DNA of 24,000 nt. Origin: Thiohalobacter sp. IOR34. Its GTDB lineage: Bacteria; Pseudomonadota; Gammaproteobacteria; Thiohalobacterales; Thiohalobacteraceae. The stretch lies in contig NZ_CP128988.1 of assembly GCF_030406045.1 (NCBI RefSeq), forward strand, positions 383,438 to 407,437, read 5' to 3'. Below are positions 6,000-15,900 of this stretch, one piece after another. The notes beneath the pieces are model-generated. The model did no database searches and had not been told where the DNA came from. It saw only the letters and a list, made by a program, of their open reading frames with translations. Position numbers and translations under genes: made by a program. Numbering within the stretch: position 1 is the first letter of the stretch; each line of letters opens with the position of its first letter.

Positions 6000-8345
6000 T
6001 CATGCGGTCAGGCTGGCGAACAGCAGCGGCAACTGTTCCGGCAGGCGCTCCACGTGATCGATGATCGTGTACTGGTTCTCGCCGAATATGCGCTTGACGT
6101 AGCTGTCCGCCATGGGATCCAGCGTCAGGCAATAGGACAGCACCCCGTTGGCATACAGTTCCTCGACTGCTTTTTTCGTGTCGTGGCGCAGGTGCTGCGG
6201 ATCCTGCTCGTCGATGTCCGCCGGCTCGCCGTCGGTTACCAGCAGGATCAGCTTGCGCCTTTCCTGCTGCCGCAGCAGGTGCTGTCCCGCATGGCGCAGC
6301 GCCGCTCCCATGCGGGTGGACAGTCCGCCCTTCATGCCCGCGAGCCTTGCCTTGGCCTCGTCATCGAAATGCTGGCTGAAATCCTTGAAGCGGTAGTATT
6401 GCACATCGTGACGGCCGTCCGATGCGAAGCCGTGCAGGGCGAAGGGATCGCCGATGCCCTCGATCGCCGTAGCCACCAGCGTGGCCGCCTCGCGGGTCAG
6501 TTCCAGCACGGTCTTGTCGCTGTCGCCGACGCGCTCGTTGGTGGACTCGGACAGATCCAGCAGCACCACCACGGCCAGGTCCCGGGTCTTGAGCACGTTG
6601 CGCATGGTGATGCGGGGGCTGGGCTGCTCGCCCATGCGCAGGGCGACCATGGCGTCCACGGCCGCGTTGATGTCGATCTCGTCTCCGTCCTCCAGGCCCC
6701 GCTGGCGCTGCACGCCCGCCGGCGCCAGCAGATCGATGATCTGCCGGATGCGGTGGGCGACGGGCTTGTACAGGGTGAGGATGCGATCGATCTCCTCCGC
6801 ATCGCCCCGTGGCTGGCGCCGTTCATAGACGGTGACCCAGTCGGGACGGTGGAGCTGAATCTGGTAGTCCCACTCGTGGTAGTGATAGGGATCCGAGACC
6901 GGCTCCTTGCCCCACATCTCGTTGAAGGTTTTCGTGTTGTCGGTCAGGTCGTCCTCGTAGGGGCGCATCGCCGTCGAACAGATCCAGACTTCCTGCGCGT
7001 CGTCGCCGGCCAGTTCGCAATCGACCTCGTTGGCCATCTCGATGACACTCACGTGCTTGCGCACCTGACGCTGGCTCGCGGCGACATACTCGACGCCGCG
7101 GTTCCAGTCGATTTCCTCGAAGCGCCAGATCATGCGATTGTCGTCCCGGTAGGGGATGCGATAGCGCTCCAGGATGCGCAGGCTGGGCACTGCGCGGCGT
7201 CCGGCGAAGATGTTGTAGAGTTCGATGCCCATCATCCAGGAAAAGTGGTTGTCGTCCTGATTGGCATCGATGTTCTCGTGGAACCTGTCGACGAAAGCAT
7301 CGATCTGCTCGTCTCCGCTGCGGACGCTGCCGTCGAGAAGCTGCAGAGCCAGTTTCTCCAGCACCGGCACCGTCTCGTGTTCCACCGGCTCGTCGTATTC
7401 CGCCTGCATCAGGGAGAGCCAGAGCCGCTTCAGTCCGGGGAAGCTGCTGACCGCCTTGTATTCTATGCGCGCATCCTCCAGCAGGCCGACGAAGAACATC
7501 TGTGCCGGGCTGAGCTGTTCCGCCGAGACCGGGCTGCGGGTATACATCATGTGCGCGGCCATGTGCGCGGCCGTGGCCCGGTAGATCTCCAGCCCGGGAA
7601 TGTCGCCGAGATCGTCCAGCGCATCGGGGACATGGATGATCCGGTCCTCGATGTAGGGACGGAAGTCCGTGTAGTCGGCACCGGTGGGGCGCAGGAAGAA
7701 GTCGCGGCCCCACAGGGCGCGCAGGTAGAAATTGATCTTGCGCTGGATCCTCACGAACAGCACGCCCCGGCGTTCCTTTTCCAGCATCGCGCGGCTGTCG
7801 GCGGACTGCAGGTTGAAATAGGAGGTCAGGTTGTCGAAGTCGCGGCGGTAGGCCTGGGCGCCGAAATTGGCCCAGCGGCGCAGCCCGCTCAGGGTCAGCT
7901 TGGAGAGCAGCTCATCGATGTGGTTGAGCATGGGCCGCAGGCCACGGGCCGCGGTCGAGGCGAGCTGGTGGATCAGCGTCAGGTAGCCGCGCACCAGTTG
8001 CGCGTCTCCCAGGTGACGGGACACGGACGGCAGGCTGGCGAACAGCAGGGTGATGACCTCGCCCGAGGTCATCGAGGAGACCTTCATCGCCGCCGTAATG
8101 ACATCCGGGATGATGTCTTCCCCGCATTCCCTTGCGACCAGCGGCATCTCCTCGAGATAGGTGGTGACCAGGTCGTGTCCGCGCCGCAGGTTGATCAGCG
8201 CACGGGCGCCGTCCAGGTAGTCCCCCAGCCCGGCCGGGGACATGATGCGGGCGGCTTCGTGGAACGTGCTCTCCAGCACCTCGCGGATCTCGGGAACGGC
8301 TTCTTCCAGGAACTCCGCGTAATCTTCAAGTTTTACGGATGACAT
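6000..8345 (-). CDS. cbbO: RuBisCO activase adaptor subunit CbbO (von Willebrand factor A domain)
   Basis: 781 aa, the usual CbbO/NorD length. C-terminal VWA domain with a MIDAS-like DLSES motif (AVVVLLDLSESTNE). Located directly downstream of cbbQ. Confidence 0.92.
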   Translation of the reverse strand: MSSVKLEDYAEFLEEAVPEIREVLESTFHEAARIMSPAGLGDYLDGARALINLRRGHDLVTTYLEEMPLVARECGEDIIPDVITAAMKVSSMTSGEVITLLFASLPSVSRHLGDAQLVRGYLTLIHQLASTAARGLRPMLNHIDELLSKLTLSGLRRWANFGAQAYRRDFDNLTSYFNLQSADSRAMLEKERRGVLFVRIQRKINFYLRALWGRDFFLRPTGADYTDFRPYIEDRIIHVPDALDDLGDIPGLEIYRATAAHMAAHMMYTRSPVSAEQLSPAQMFFVGLLEDARIEYKAVSSFPGLKRLWLSLMQAEYDEPVEHETVPVLEKLALQLLDGSVRSGDEQIDAFVDRFHENIDANQDDNHFSWMMGIELYNIFAGRRAVPSLRILERYRIPYRDDNRMIWRFEEIDWNRGVEYVAASQRQVRKHVSVIEMANEVDCELAGDDAQEVWICSTAMRPYEDDLTDNTKTFNEMWGKEPVSDPYHYHEWDYQIQLHRPDWVTVYERRQPRGDAEEIDRILTLYKPVAHRIRQIIDLLAPAGVQRQRGLEDGDEIDINAAVDAMVALRMGEQPSPRITMRNVLKTRDLAVVVLLDLSESTNERVGDSDKTVLELTREAATLVATAIEGIGDPFALHGFASDGRHDVQYYRFKDFSQHFDDEAKARLAGMKGGLSTRMGAALRHAGQHLLRQQERRKLILLVTDGEPADIDEQDPQHLRHDTKKAVEELYANGVLSYCLTLDPMADSYVKRIFGENQYTIIDHVERLPEQLPLLFASLTA

Positions 8346-8428
8346 CGGCGCACACCATTACAGGAAAACGGATCGGGAACCCCGCTGTCCGGCACCGGAT
8401 TTTCCGGCCCCGCGGGGGGATTCGGAAG

Positions 8429-9244
8429 CTATCCCAGGAAGGTCTGCACCGCGGCATTCAGGGTGTCCTGCATGTCCGGGTCGTCGGTCAGCGGTGTGAC
8501 CATGGTGATGGTGCAGGCCGCTTCCGGGTCCACGCCCTTGCTGATGAGCTGGCCGGCATAGACCAGCAGACGGGTGGAAATGCCCTCGTCCAGGCCGTGC
8601 CCCTTGAGGTTGCGTGCGCGGTGGGCGATCTGCACCAGTTTTTCCGCGATGGCCTCGTCCACCCCGGACTCCTTCGCGACGATGGCCACTTCGAGTGCGG
8701 TCTCGGGATAATCGAAGCTCAGTCCGCCGAAGCGCTGCTTGGTGGACTGCTTGAGATCCTTCATCAGGCTCTGGTAGCCGGGGTTGTAGGAAATCACGAG
8801 CTGGAAGTCCGGGTGGGCCTCGATGAGCTCGCCCTTCTTGTCCAGGGGCAGAACCCGGCGGTGATCGGTGAGGGGATGGATGACGACCGTGGTGTCCTGC
8901 CGTGCCTCGACCACTTCGTCGAGATAGCAGATGGCGCCGATGCGCGCGGCCGTGGTCAGCGGCCCGTCCTGCCACCGGGTGCCGTCCTTGTCGAGCAGGA
9001 AGCGGCCGACCAGGTCGGATGCGGTCATGTCCTCGTTACAGGCCACGGTGATCAGCGGCTTGCCGAGTTTCCAGGCCATGTATTCGACGAAGCGCGACTT
9101 GCCGCAGCCGGTCGGCCCCTTGAGCATCATGGGCATGCGGGCCTGGTATGCCGCCTCGTAGTATTCGATTTCCTTGCCGACGGGTTGGTAAAAGGGTTCA
9201 TCGCTGATGATGTACTGTTTCGGATCTGTGTTTGTATCGGACAT
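8429..9244 (-). CDS. cbbQ: RuBisCO activase AAA+ (MoxR-type) ATPase CbbQ
   Basis: Strong CbbQ/NorQ similarity: [66 protein letters not shown], with Walker A GPTGCGKS. The start was chosen at the third in-frame ATG (9244, 271 aa) because GGGGA lies 5 nt upstream. ATGs at 9250 and 9256 are possible. Confidence 0.93.
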   Translation of the reverse strand: MSDTNTDPKQYIISDEPFYQPVGKEIEYYEAAYQARMPMMLKGPTGCGKSRFVEYMAWKLGKPLITVACNEDMTASDLVGRFLLDKDGTRWQDGPLTTAARIGAICYLDEVVEARQDTTVVIHPLTDHRRVLPLDKKGELIEAHPDFQLVISYNPGYQSLMKDLKQSTKQRFGGLSFDYPETALEVAIVAKESGVDEAIAEKLVQIAHRARNLKGHGLDEGISTRLLVYAGQLISKGVDPEAACTITMVTPLTDDPDMQDTLNAAVQTFLG

Positions 9245-9274
9245 GCTCATCCCCATTCATACGGGTTCGGTGTT

Positions 9275-9586
9275 TCAGTCTTCGTGTGCGGTTTCATGCT
9301 CTCCGGACCAGCCTGCTGCCCTGGCCCTTTCCAGCGCACGGCCGTGGATGTCCCGGTGACGCGCCGCCAGCGGTTCGGGCAGGTTGCTGACCAGGCAGCC
9401 ATGCCTGTCCCACTCCGCATTCACTTTCTGCATCAGGGCGTCGATCATGGGAAGGCTCCAGCCTTCACAGGTCTCGCTTTCATCGAGAATGCCGAACACC
9501 CAGGCATCACGGATGATCTTGCCGATGCTGGTCATGCCACCGTTGATATCCCGATCGATGCCGACGTATTTGTCCGGTCTGCTCAT
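9275..9586 (-). CDS. Hypothetical protein (103 aa) inserted between cbbS and cbbQ
   Basis: ATG at 9586 preceded by AGGAGAC with 6-nt spacing. Host-like codon usage. The stop lies 18-30 nt before cbbQ. Sequence MSRPDKYVGIDRDINGGMTSIGKIIRDAWVFGILDESETCEGWSLPMIDALMQKVNAEWDRHG... contains no domain I recognise. The track ORF start at 9655 lacks an RBS. Confidence 0.65.
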   Translation of the reverse strand: MSRPDKYVGIDRDINGGMTSIGKIIRDAWVFGILDESETCEGWSLPMIDALMQKVNAEWDRHGCLVSNLPEPLAARHRDIHGRALERARAAGWSGEHETAHED

Positions 9587-9615
9587 GGAAATGTCTCCTG
9601 CACGGTTAGGGTATT

Positions 9616-9652
9616 CCGTTTCCGGCCACGCCTGTGCGCGACCGGAAACGGA
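9616..9652 (-). promoter_or_regulatory. Intercistronic stem-loop just downstream of cbbS
   Basis: 11-bp perfect stem TCCGTTTCCGG (9616-9625 region) / CCGGAAACGGA (9642-9652) with a 16-nt loop. There is no U run after it on the mRNA strand, so it is more likely a stabiliser or partial terminator than a full terminator. Confidence 0.4.
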
Positions 9653-9658
9653 CATTCC

Positions 9659-10006
9659 TCAGACCACCTTGCCCCGGTAGATCACCATGGCGGCACCGGC
9701 AGACTGCGCAAAGTTGTCGAAGCCGAGCAGACGCACGTGGTTGTTCGGGTGCGCTGCATGGCAGGCTTCCACTTCCTTGAGAATGGCGTCCACGTCGGTT
9801 TCACCGAACATGGGCAGCTTCCACATGTACCAGTAGTGGCCGCCGGCATTCTCCGGTTCGGTATGTTCGATACCCGGGTTCCAGCCCTTGCTGACGATGT
9901 ACTCGATCTGGGTGCGGATCTGCTCCGGGGTCATCTCCGGAAGGTAGGAAAAGGTTTCGAACTTGCGGCTCGAGGGATCACTCAAGCTTGACTGATAATC
10001 TTGCAT
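9659..10006 (-). CDS. cbbS: RuBisCO small subunit (form IA)
   Basis: 115 aa. [37 protein letters not shown]...[14 protein letters not shown] is typical of CbbS/RbcS. Located 72 bp downstream of cbbL. Confidence 0.96.
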   Translation of the reverse strand: MQDYQSSLSDPSSRKFETFSYLPEMTPEQIRTQIEYIVSKGWNPGIEHTEPENAGGHYWYMWKLPMFGETDVDAILKEVEACHAAHPNNHVRLLGFDNFAQSAGAAMVIYRGKVV

Positions 10007-10043
10007 GTTGTTACTCCTGAATCGATATAAAAATTTCCGGTTC

Positions 10044-10067
10044 CCGCCGTGCCGGCCGGCACGGCGG
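10044..10067 (-). promoter_or_regulatory. Perfect 24-bp GC palindrome in the cbbL-cbbS spacer
   Basis: CCGCCGTGCCGG|CCGGCACGGCGG counted directly. It would form a 10-12-bp hairpin in the mRNA between the two RuBisCO cistrons. Confidence 0.4.
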
Positions 10068-10078
10068 AATCCTTGCGC

Positions 10079-11497
10079 TTACTTGTGGGAAACGTCCAGC
10101 TTGTCGACGGTGTCGAACTCGAACTTGATTTCCTTCCAGGTTTCCATTGCCGCGGCCAGCTCGGGGCTGTGCTTGGCGGCAGCGGTAAGGATGTCCTTGC
10201 CTTCCTTCTCGAGTTCGCGACCCTCGTTGCGGGCCTGCACGCAGGCTTCCACGGCAACGCGGTTGGCAGCGGCACCGGCAGCGTTGCCCCAGGGGTGGCC
10301 CAGGGTGCCGCCACCGAACTGCAGCACGGAATCGTCGCCGAAGATGCTGACCAGGGCCGGCATGTGCCAGACGTGGATGCCACCGGAGGCAACCGGAAGC
10401 ACGCCGGGCATGGCGCCCCAGTCCTGATCGAAGAAGATGCCACGTGAACGGTCTTCCTTGATATAGGAGTCGCGCATGATGTCGATCCAGCCCAGGGTCG
10501 CGTCGCGGTCGCCTTCCAGCTTGCCGACCACGGTGCCGGAGTGCAGGTGATCACCGCCGGACAGACGCAGGATCTTGGTCAGCACGCGGAAGTGGATGCC
10601 GTGGTGCGGGTTGCGATCCAGCACGGCGTGCATGGCGCGGTGAATGTGCAGCAGCATGCCGTTGTCGCGGCACCACTGGGCCAGCTGGGTGTTGGCGGCC
10701 CAGCCACCGGTGAGGTAGTCGTGCATGATGATCGGTGCGCCGATTTCCTTGGCATATTCGGCACGCTTCATCATTTCATCGGCGGTCGGTGCAGTCACGT
10801 TCAGGTAGTGCCCCTTGCGCTCGCCGGTCTCGGCCTCGGCCTTCTGGATGGCTTCCATGACGAAATCGAAACGGTGCTTCCAGCGCATGAAAGGCTGGGA
10901 GTTGACGTTCTCGTCGTCCTTGGTGAAGTCCAGACCGCCACGCAGACCCTCGTAGCAGGCGCGGCCGTAGTTCTTGGCGGACAGGCCCAGCTTCGGCTTG
11001 ATGGTGCAGCCCAGCAGCGGACGGCCATACTTGTTCAGCATGTCGCGCTCGACCTGGATGCCCTGGGGCGGTCCGTTGCAGGTCATCACATAGGCCAGCG
11101 GGAAACGCACGTCTTCAAGGCGCAGGGCGCGCAGAGCCTTGAAACCGAACACGTTGCCGACCAGCGAGGTCATGACGTTGACCACCGAACCTTCCTCGAA
11201 CAGATCGATGGGGTAAGCAACGAAAGCGTAGAAGCAGGTGTCGTCGCCCGGCACGTCCTCAATGGCATACGCGCGGCCCTTGTAGTAGTCCAGATCGGTC
11301 AGCAGATCGGTCCAGACGGTGGTCCAGGTACCGGTCGAAGACTCGGCGGCCACGGCCGCGGCCACTTCTTCACGGGGCACGCCGTCCTGGGGGGTGACCT
11401 TGAAACAGGCCAGAATGTCCGTGTCCTTGGGGGTATAGTTGGGGTCCCAGTATGTTTCGCGGTACTCTTTCACGCCCGCGTCGTAGGTTTTAGCCAT
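10079..11497 (-). CDS. cbbL: RuBisCO large subunit (form I, green-type/IA)
   Basis: 472 aa from the ATG at 11497, with a GGAGAG RBS. Begins [34 protein letters not shown] and includes [10 protein letters not shown] (carbamylated Lys region) and [12 protein letters not shown]. Full-length similarity. The track ORF start at 11578 adds 27 unsupported residues. Confidence 0.98.
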   Translation of the reverse strand: MAKTYDAGVKEYRETYWDPNYTPKDTDILACFKVTPQDGVPREEVAAAVAAESSTGTWTTVWTDLLTDLDYYKGRAYAIEDVPGDDTCFYAFVAYPIDLFEEGSVVNVMTSLVGNVFGFKALRALRLEDVRFPLAYVMTCNGPPQGIQVERDMLNKYGRPLLGCTIKPKLGLSAKNYGRACYEGLRGGLDFTKDDENVNSQPFMRWKHRFDFVMEAIQKAEAETGERKGHYLNVTAPTADEMMKRAEYAKEIGAPIIMHDYLTGGWAANTQLAQWCRDNGMLLHIHRAMHAVLDRNPHHGIHFRVLTKILRLSGGDHLHSGTVVGKLEGDRDATLGWIDIMRDSYIKEDRSRGIFFDQDWGAMPGVLPVASGGIHVWHMPALVSIFGDDSVLQFGGGTLGHPWGNAAGAAANRVAVEACVQARNEGRELEKEGKDILTAAAKHSPELAAAMETWKEIKFEFDTVDKLDVSHK

Positions 11498-11616
11498 TTT
11501 GCTCTCCAGTGTTCGTCCAACGTTATGCCGCGGCCACGCCGCGTGGTGGACATAGTGCCCAAACCCGGGTATAAGCAAAAATCAATAGTTTCTATTTTTG
11601 ATATAGATGTTCAGCT
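11498..11616. promoter_or_regulatory. Divergent cbbR/cbbL control region with an AT-rich imperfect dyad (candidate CbbR operator)
   Basis: 119-bp intergenic region. The AT-rich segment 11570-11610 contains ATCAA-N12-TTGAT (11581-11602) and CAAAAATAG/CTATT..TTTTTG dyad symmetry. LysR regulators typically bind such dyads between divergent genes. Promoter hexamers are not confidently identifiable. Confidence 0.4.
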
Positions 11617-12579
11617 ATGGCCTACTCCACCGCCGACAAGCTCATCCGCCATCTCACCCTGCGCCAGTTGCAAATCTTCGAGGCCGTCGTCCGGCTCGGC
11701 GGCTATACCCGTGCGGCCGGGGAGCTGCATCTCACCCAGCCGACGATTTCCATGCAAATCAGGAAGTTGTCGGAAACGCTCGGCCAGCTCCTGCTGGAGC
11801 AGGTGGGCCGCCACATCCAGCCCACCCAGGCCGGCCGCGAGGTCTACGCCGCGGCCCGGGACATCCTCGACCGCATGGTCTCCCTGGAGGAAACCACCAA
11901 CGAGCTGGAACGAATCGTCAAGGGACCGCTGCGCATCGCGGTCATCACCACGGCGAAATACTTCATGCCCCACCTGCTCGGGGCATTCATCGATCGATAT
12001 CCGCAGGTCGAGCCGCACCTGGTCGTCACCAACCGCTCCAAGGTGCTGACGCGCCTGAAGTCCAACGAGGACGATCTGCTGATCATGGGCCAGGTCCCCG
12101 AATACATGGATGTGGAAGCCCACCCCTTCGTGGACAACGAGCTGGTCGTCGTGGCCCATGCCCGCCATCCCCTGGCCCGGCGCAAAAAGCCCCTGACCCT
12201 CGCGCAACTGTGCAAGGAACGCTTCCTGGTGCGCGAACCCGGTTCCGGTACCCGCCTGGCGGTGGACCGGCTGTTCGCCGGGCAGGGTCTGAAGATCAAT
12301 CCCTACATGGAGCTGGGCAGCAGCGAGGCCATCAAGCAGGCGGTCATGGCCGGGCTGGGGCTGTCGGTCCTGTCCCGCCACAACCTGCGCCTGGAACTGG
12401 AATGCGGGCACATCGCCGTGCTCAAGGTGGAAGGTTTTCCCCTGATCCGGAGCTGGTACGCGGTGCACCTCAGGGGCAAGAAACTGCCACTGGTACCGCG
12501 CACCTTTCTCGAATTCCTGCTGCGGCAGGGCAAGGACATGATGGCGCACCAGCCTGCCGCAGGACAGGCAAACGCCTAG
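11617..12579 (+). CDS. cbbR: LysR-family transcriptional regulator of the cbb operon
   Basis: 320 aa. N-terminal wHTH LRQLQIFEAVVRLGGYTRAAGELHLTQPTISMQIRKLSE, plus a LysR substrate-binding domain. Divergent from cbbL, the classic CbbR arrangement. Confidence 0.9.
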   Translation: MAYSTADKLIRHLTLRQLQIFEAVVRLGGYTRAAGELHLTQPTISMQIRKLSETLGQLLLEQVGRHIQPTQAGREVYAAARDILDRMVSLEETTNELERIVKGPLRIAVITTAKYFMPHLLGAFIDRYPQVEPHLVVTNRSKVLTRLKSNEDDLLIMGQVPEYMDVEAHPFVDNELVVVAHARHPLARRKKPLTLAQLCKERFLVREPGSGTRLAVDRLFAGQGLKINPYMELGSSEAIKQAVMAGLGLSVLSRHNLRLELECGHIAVLKVEGFPLIRSWYAVHLRGKKLPLVPRTFLEFLLRQGKDMMAHQPAAGQANA

Positions 12580-12644
12580 CCGCATGCTGCTCACCAGCCT
12601 GTTGGCGCGCTGTTCTGCTTTTGCGGGCCCCGGCGGCTTGATGG

Positions 12645-12819
12645 CCACGGGAAACACGGAAGGCACAGAGGTGAGCTTTTGCAATGGCCACGAAATCCAC
12701 GAACGATCTACCAAGCAAGCGGCATGTGGCGGACCTTCATGCATGCCTTGTACGGGTTTTCGTGGGTTTAGTGGGTTTCGTGGCTATGGCTTTTTCCGTG
12801 CCTTCCGTGTTTCCCGTGG
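12645..12819. repeat. 175-bp imperfect palindromic (REP/MITE-like) element built from CACGRAA sub-repeats
   Basis: Perfect 22-bp inverted arms CCACGGGAAACACGGAAGGCAC (12645-12666) / GTGCCTTCCGTGTTTCCCGTGG (12798-12819). Inner arms are partly complementary: GCCACGAAATCCACGAAC versus GTGGGTTTCGTGGC. It lies between the cbbR stop and the next gene. Confidence 0.85.
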
Positions 12820-12930
12820 TCATGGTTCGTTGTTCCGCGGCCAGCCGGGAAAGGGAATTCCGCGCTCATTCCGGCGCCGGAATCGGCTAGAATAGCCGCC
12901 ACACATTCAATTCACCTAAGGGTCGTCCGC

Positions 12931-15900
12931 ATGCCCTCGCGCATCCGCGAAATCCCCTACAACTACACCTCTTTCTCCGATCGCGAGATCGTCATCCGCT
13001 ATCTCGGCGAGGAGATGTGGGAGGTGCTCAACGCCCTGCGCGGCGAGCGCCGCACCGGCCGCTCGGCGCGCATGCTGTTCGAGGTGATGGGTGACATGTG
13101 GGTGGTCAATCGCAACCCCTACATCCAGGACGACCTGCTGGAGAATGCCAGTCGCCTCGACTCCCTGATCCATGCCCTGCATCACCGGCTGGACCAGATC
13201 GTGGCGCGCGCCGAGGGCAACGAGAAGGCCCTGTTGCTGGCGGGCCGGGCGCGCGAGGCGGTGCAGGCCTTCGAGGCCTGGTTCCCTCGCGCCCGGACCC
13301 TGCGGGCCCACATCCGCCGTCGCCTGGCGCGGGTCACGCGGCGAGACAACATCGATTTTGGCGGTCTGGCCCGCGTCGCCCACGCCACCGATGCCACCGA
13401 CTGGCGCGTGGAGATGCCCTTCGTGGTGATCACGCCGGACAGTGAGACCGAGGTGCGGGGGGTGGTCGAGGCCTGCATCGAACTCGGCCTCGGCATCATC
13501 GCCCGGGGCGGCGGCACCGGCTACACCGGCAGCGGGGTGCCGCTGTCCGCCGAGACGGCGGTGATCAACCTGGAGAAACTGGAGGAACTGGGGCCGGTGG
13601 AACAGCGCCGGCTGGAGGGCGTCGAGGGCGAGGTGGCCACCATCCGCGCCGGTGCCGGGGTGGTGACGCGCCGTGTCTCGGAGCGTGCCGAGGCGGCTGG
13701 CCATGTGTTCGCCGTCGATCCCACCTCGCAGGACGCCTCTACCATCGGCGGCAACGTGGCGATGAACGCCGGCGGCAAGAAGGCGGTGATGTGGGGCACC
13801 ACCCTGGACAACCTGGTTTCCTGGCGCATGGTCACGCCCGAGGCCGAGTGGCTGGAGGTCGAGCGCCTCAATCACAACCTGGGCAAGATCCATGAACAGG
13901 AATGGGTCGAGTTCCGCATCAGCCGGCTGGCGGCCGATGGTCGCACGCCGCTCGGCGAGCCCGAGATCCTGCGCCTGCCGGGACGAGCCCTGCGCAAGGA
14001 AGGGCTGGGCAAGGACGTCACCGACAAGTTCCTCGGTGGCCTGCCCGGTGTGCAGAAGGAGGGCTGCGACGGCCTCATCACCTCGGCGCGCTTCGTGCTG
14101 CACCGCATGCCGCGCTTCACCCGCACCGTCTGCCTGGAGTTCTTCGGCAGCGATCTGCGCCGTGCCGTGCCGGCCATCGTCGAGACCAAGGATTACCTGG
14201 ACGCCCATCCCCAGGTGATGCTCTCCGGCCTGGAACACCTCGACGAGCGCTACGTGAAGGCGGTCAGCTACAGCACCAAGGCGCCACGCCGCGAGCTGCC
14301 GAAGATGGTGCTGCTGGCGGATGTCTCCGGCGACGACGAGGACCAGGTCGCGGAGGCGGCCTCGCAGGTGGTGCGCATGGCCAATGCGCGTGGTGCCGAG
14401 GGCTTCATTGCCGTCAGTCCCGAGGCGCGGCAGCGCTTCTGGCTCGACCGGGCGCGTACCGCTGCCATTGCCGCCCACACCAACGCCTTCAAGATCAACG
14501 AGGACGTGGTTATTCCCCTGGAGCGCCTGGCGGAGTACGCCGAGGGCATCGAGCGCATCAACATCGAGTACTCGACCCGCAACAAGCTGGACATGATCGA
14601 CGCCGTGCTCGACTGCCTGGCTGGCGGCGCGGCACAGGTGCCGGTCGCCGAGGGGGAGGCCAGCGAGGAGGGGCGGGCCATCGACCAGGCCAAGCTCGAT
14701 GCGGCGCGCGAGCATCTGCTGGCGGTGCGGGAACGCTGGCTGGCGCTCCTCGAGCAGCTCGAAGCGCCGGCCGTGCGGCATCCGGAGCTGACCGGCGGTC
14801 TGGCGCACGAGGTGCTGCGCCAGGGTGACACCCTGCTCGACCTGCTGCTGCGCCGCGAGCTGCGCATCTCCTACCGGCGCGAGGTGGAGCGCCCGCTGAA
14901 GGACATCTTCGCCGGCCGCGAATGGCAGGCGCTGGTCGAACGGCTGGATGCCATCCACGCCGAGATCCGCTCCAGCCGGCTGTTCGTCGCCACCCATATG
15001 CACGCCGGCGACGGCAATGTGCACACCAACATCCCGGTCAATTCCAACGACTACCGCATGCTGCACGAGGCGGAGCGCATCGTCGACCGGGTGATGGCCC
15101 TGGCACGCTCGCTGGACGGGGTGATCTCCGGCGAACACGGCATCGGCCTGACCAAGATCCAGTACCTGGAGCCCGAGGCCATCGCCGCCTTCGAACGCTA
15201 CAAGCAGCAGGTCGATCCCGAGGACCGCTTCAACCCCGGCAAGCTGCGCGCCGGCGCGGGGCTGGACAATGCCTACACCCCCTCGCTGCGCCTGGTGCAG
15301 CAGGAGGCCTTGCTGCTGGAGGAGAGCGAGCTGGGCGCGCTCAACGATGACATCCGCAACTGCCTGCGCTGTGGCAAGTGCAAGCCGGTGTGCAATACCC
15401 ACATCCCGCGCGCCAACCTGCTCTATGCGCCGCGCAACAAGATCCTCGCCACCGGCCTGATCATCGAGGCCTTCCTCTACGAGGAGCAGACCCGGCGCGG
15501 GGTGTCGATCCGCCATTTCGATGAAATGAACGATGTCGGCGACCATTGCACGGTATGTCACAAATGTCTGGCCCCCTGTCCGGTGAACATCGACTTCGGC
15601 GACGTCACGGTGCGCATGCGCAACATCCTGCGCAACCGTGGCCAGAAGCGCAGCAACCCCCTGACCTGGGCGGCGATGGCCTTCCTCAACGTCACCGATC
15701 CGCGCAGCATCCATCTGCTGCGCAAGGCGATGATCGAATGGGGCTACCGCGGGCAGCGCCTGGCCTGGTCACTGGCACGACGGCTGCCGCTGCCGGGTCG
15801 CGGCCGGCCGCCGGCCGCCACCAGCGGCGCCATGTCACTGAAGAGTCAGGTGATCAATTTCGTCGCCAAGCCGATGCCGGCCGGGTTGCCGGCACAGACC

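Noticed and set aside
5346-8342. 998-aa ORF on the plus strand
   Set aside because: It lies exactly antisense to cbbO, which has clear family similarity. The product is Arg/Ala/Gly/Pro/His-rich low-complexity sequence with no motifs, a typical high-GC shadow ORF.
8339-12049. 550-aa and 502-aa plus-strand ORFs (8339-9991, 10541-12049)
   Set aside because: They are antisense to cbbQ/orf103/cbbS and to cbbL respectively. The opposite-strand genes are near-certain, and these frames show no homology features.
12916-15714. 932-aa ORF on the minus strand
   Set aside because: It is antisense to the 1279-aa oxidoreductase, whose FAD, Fe-S and CCG motifs are unambiguous. Its composition is typical of a GC-rich antisense frame.
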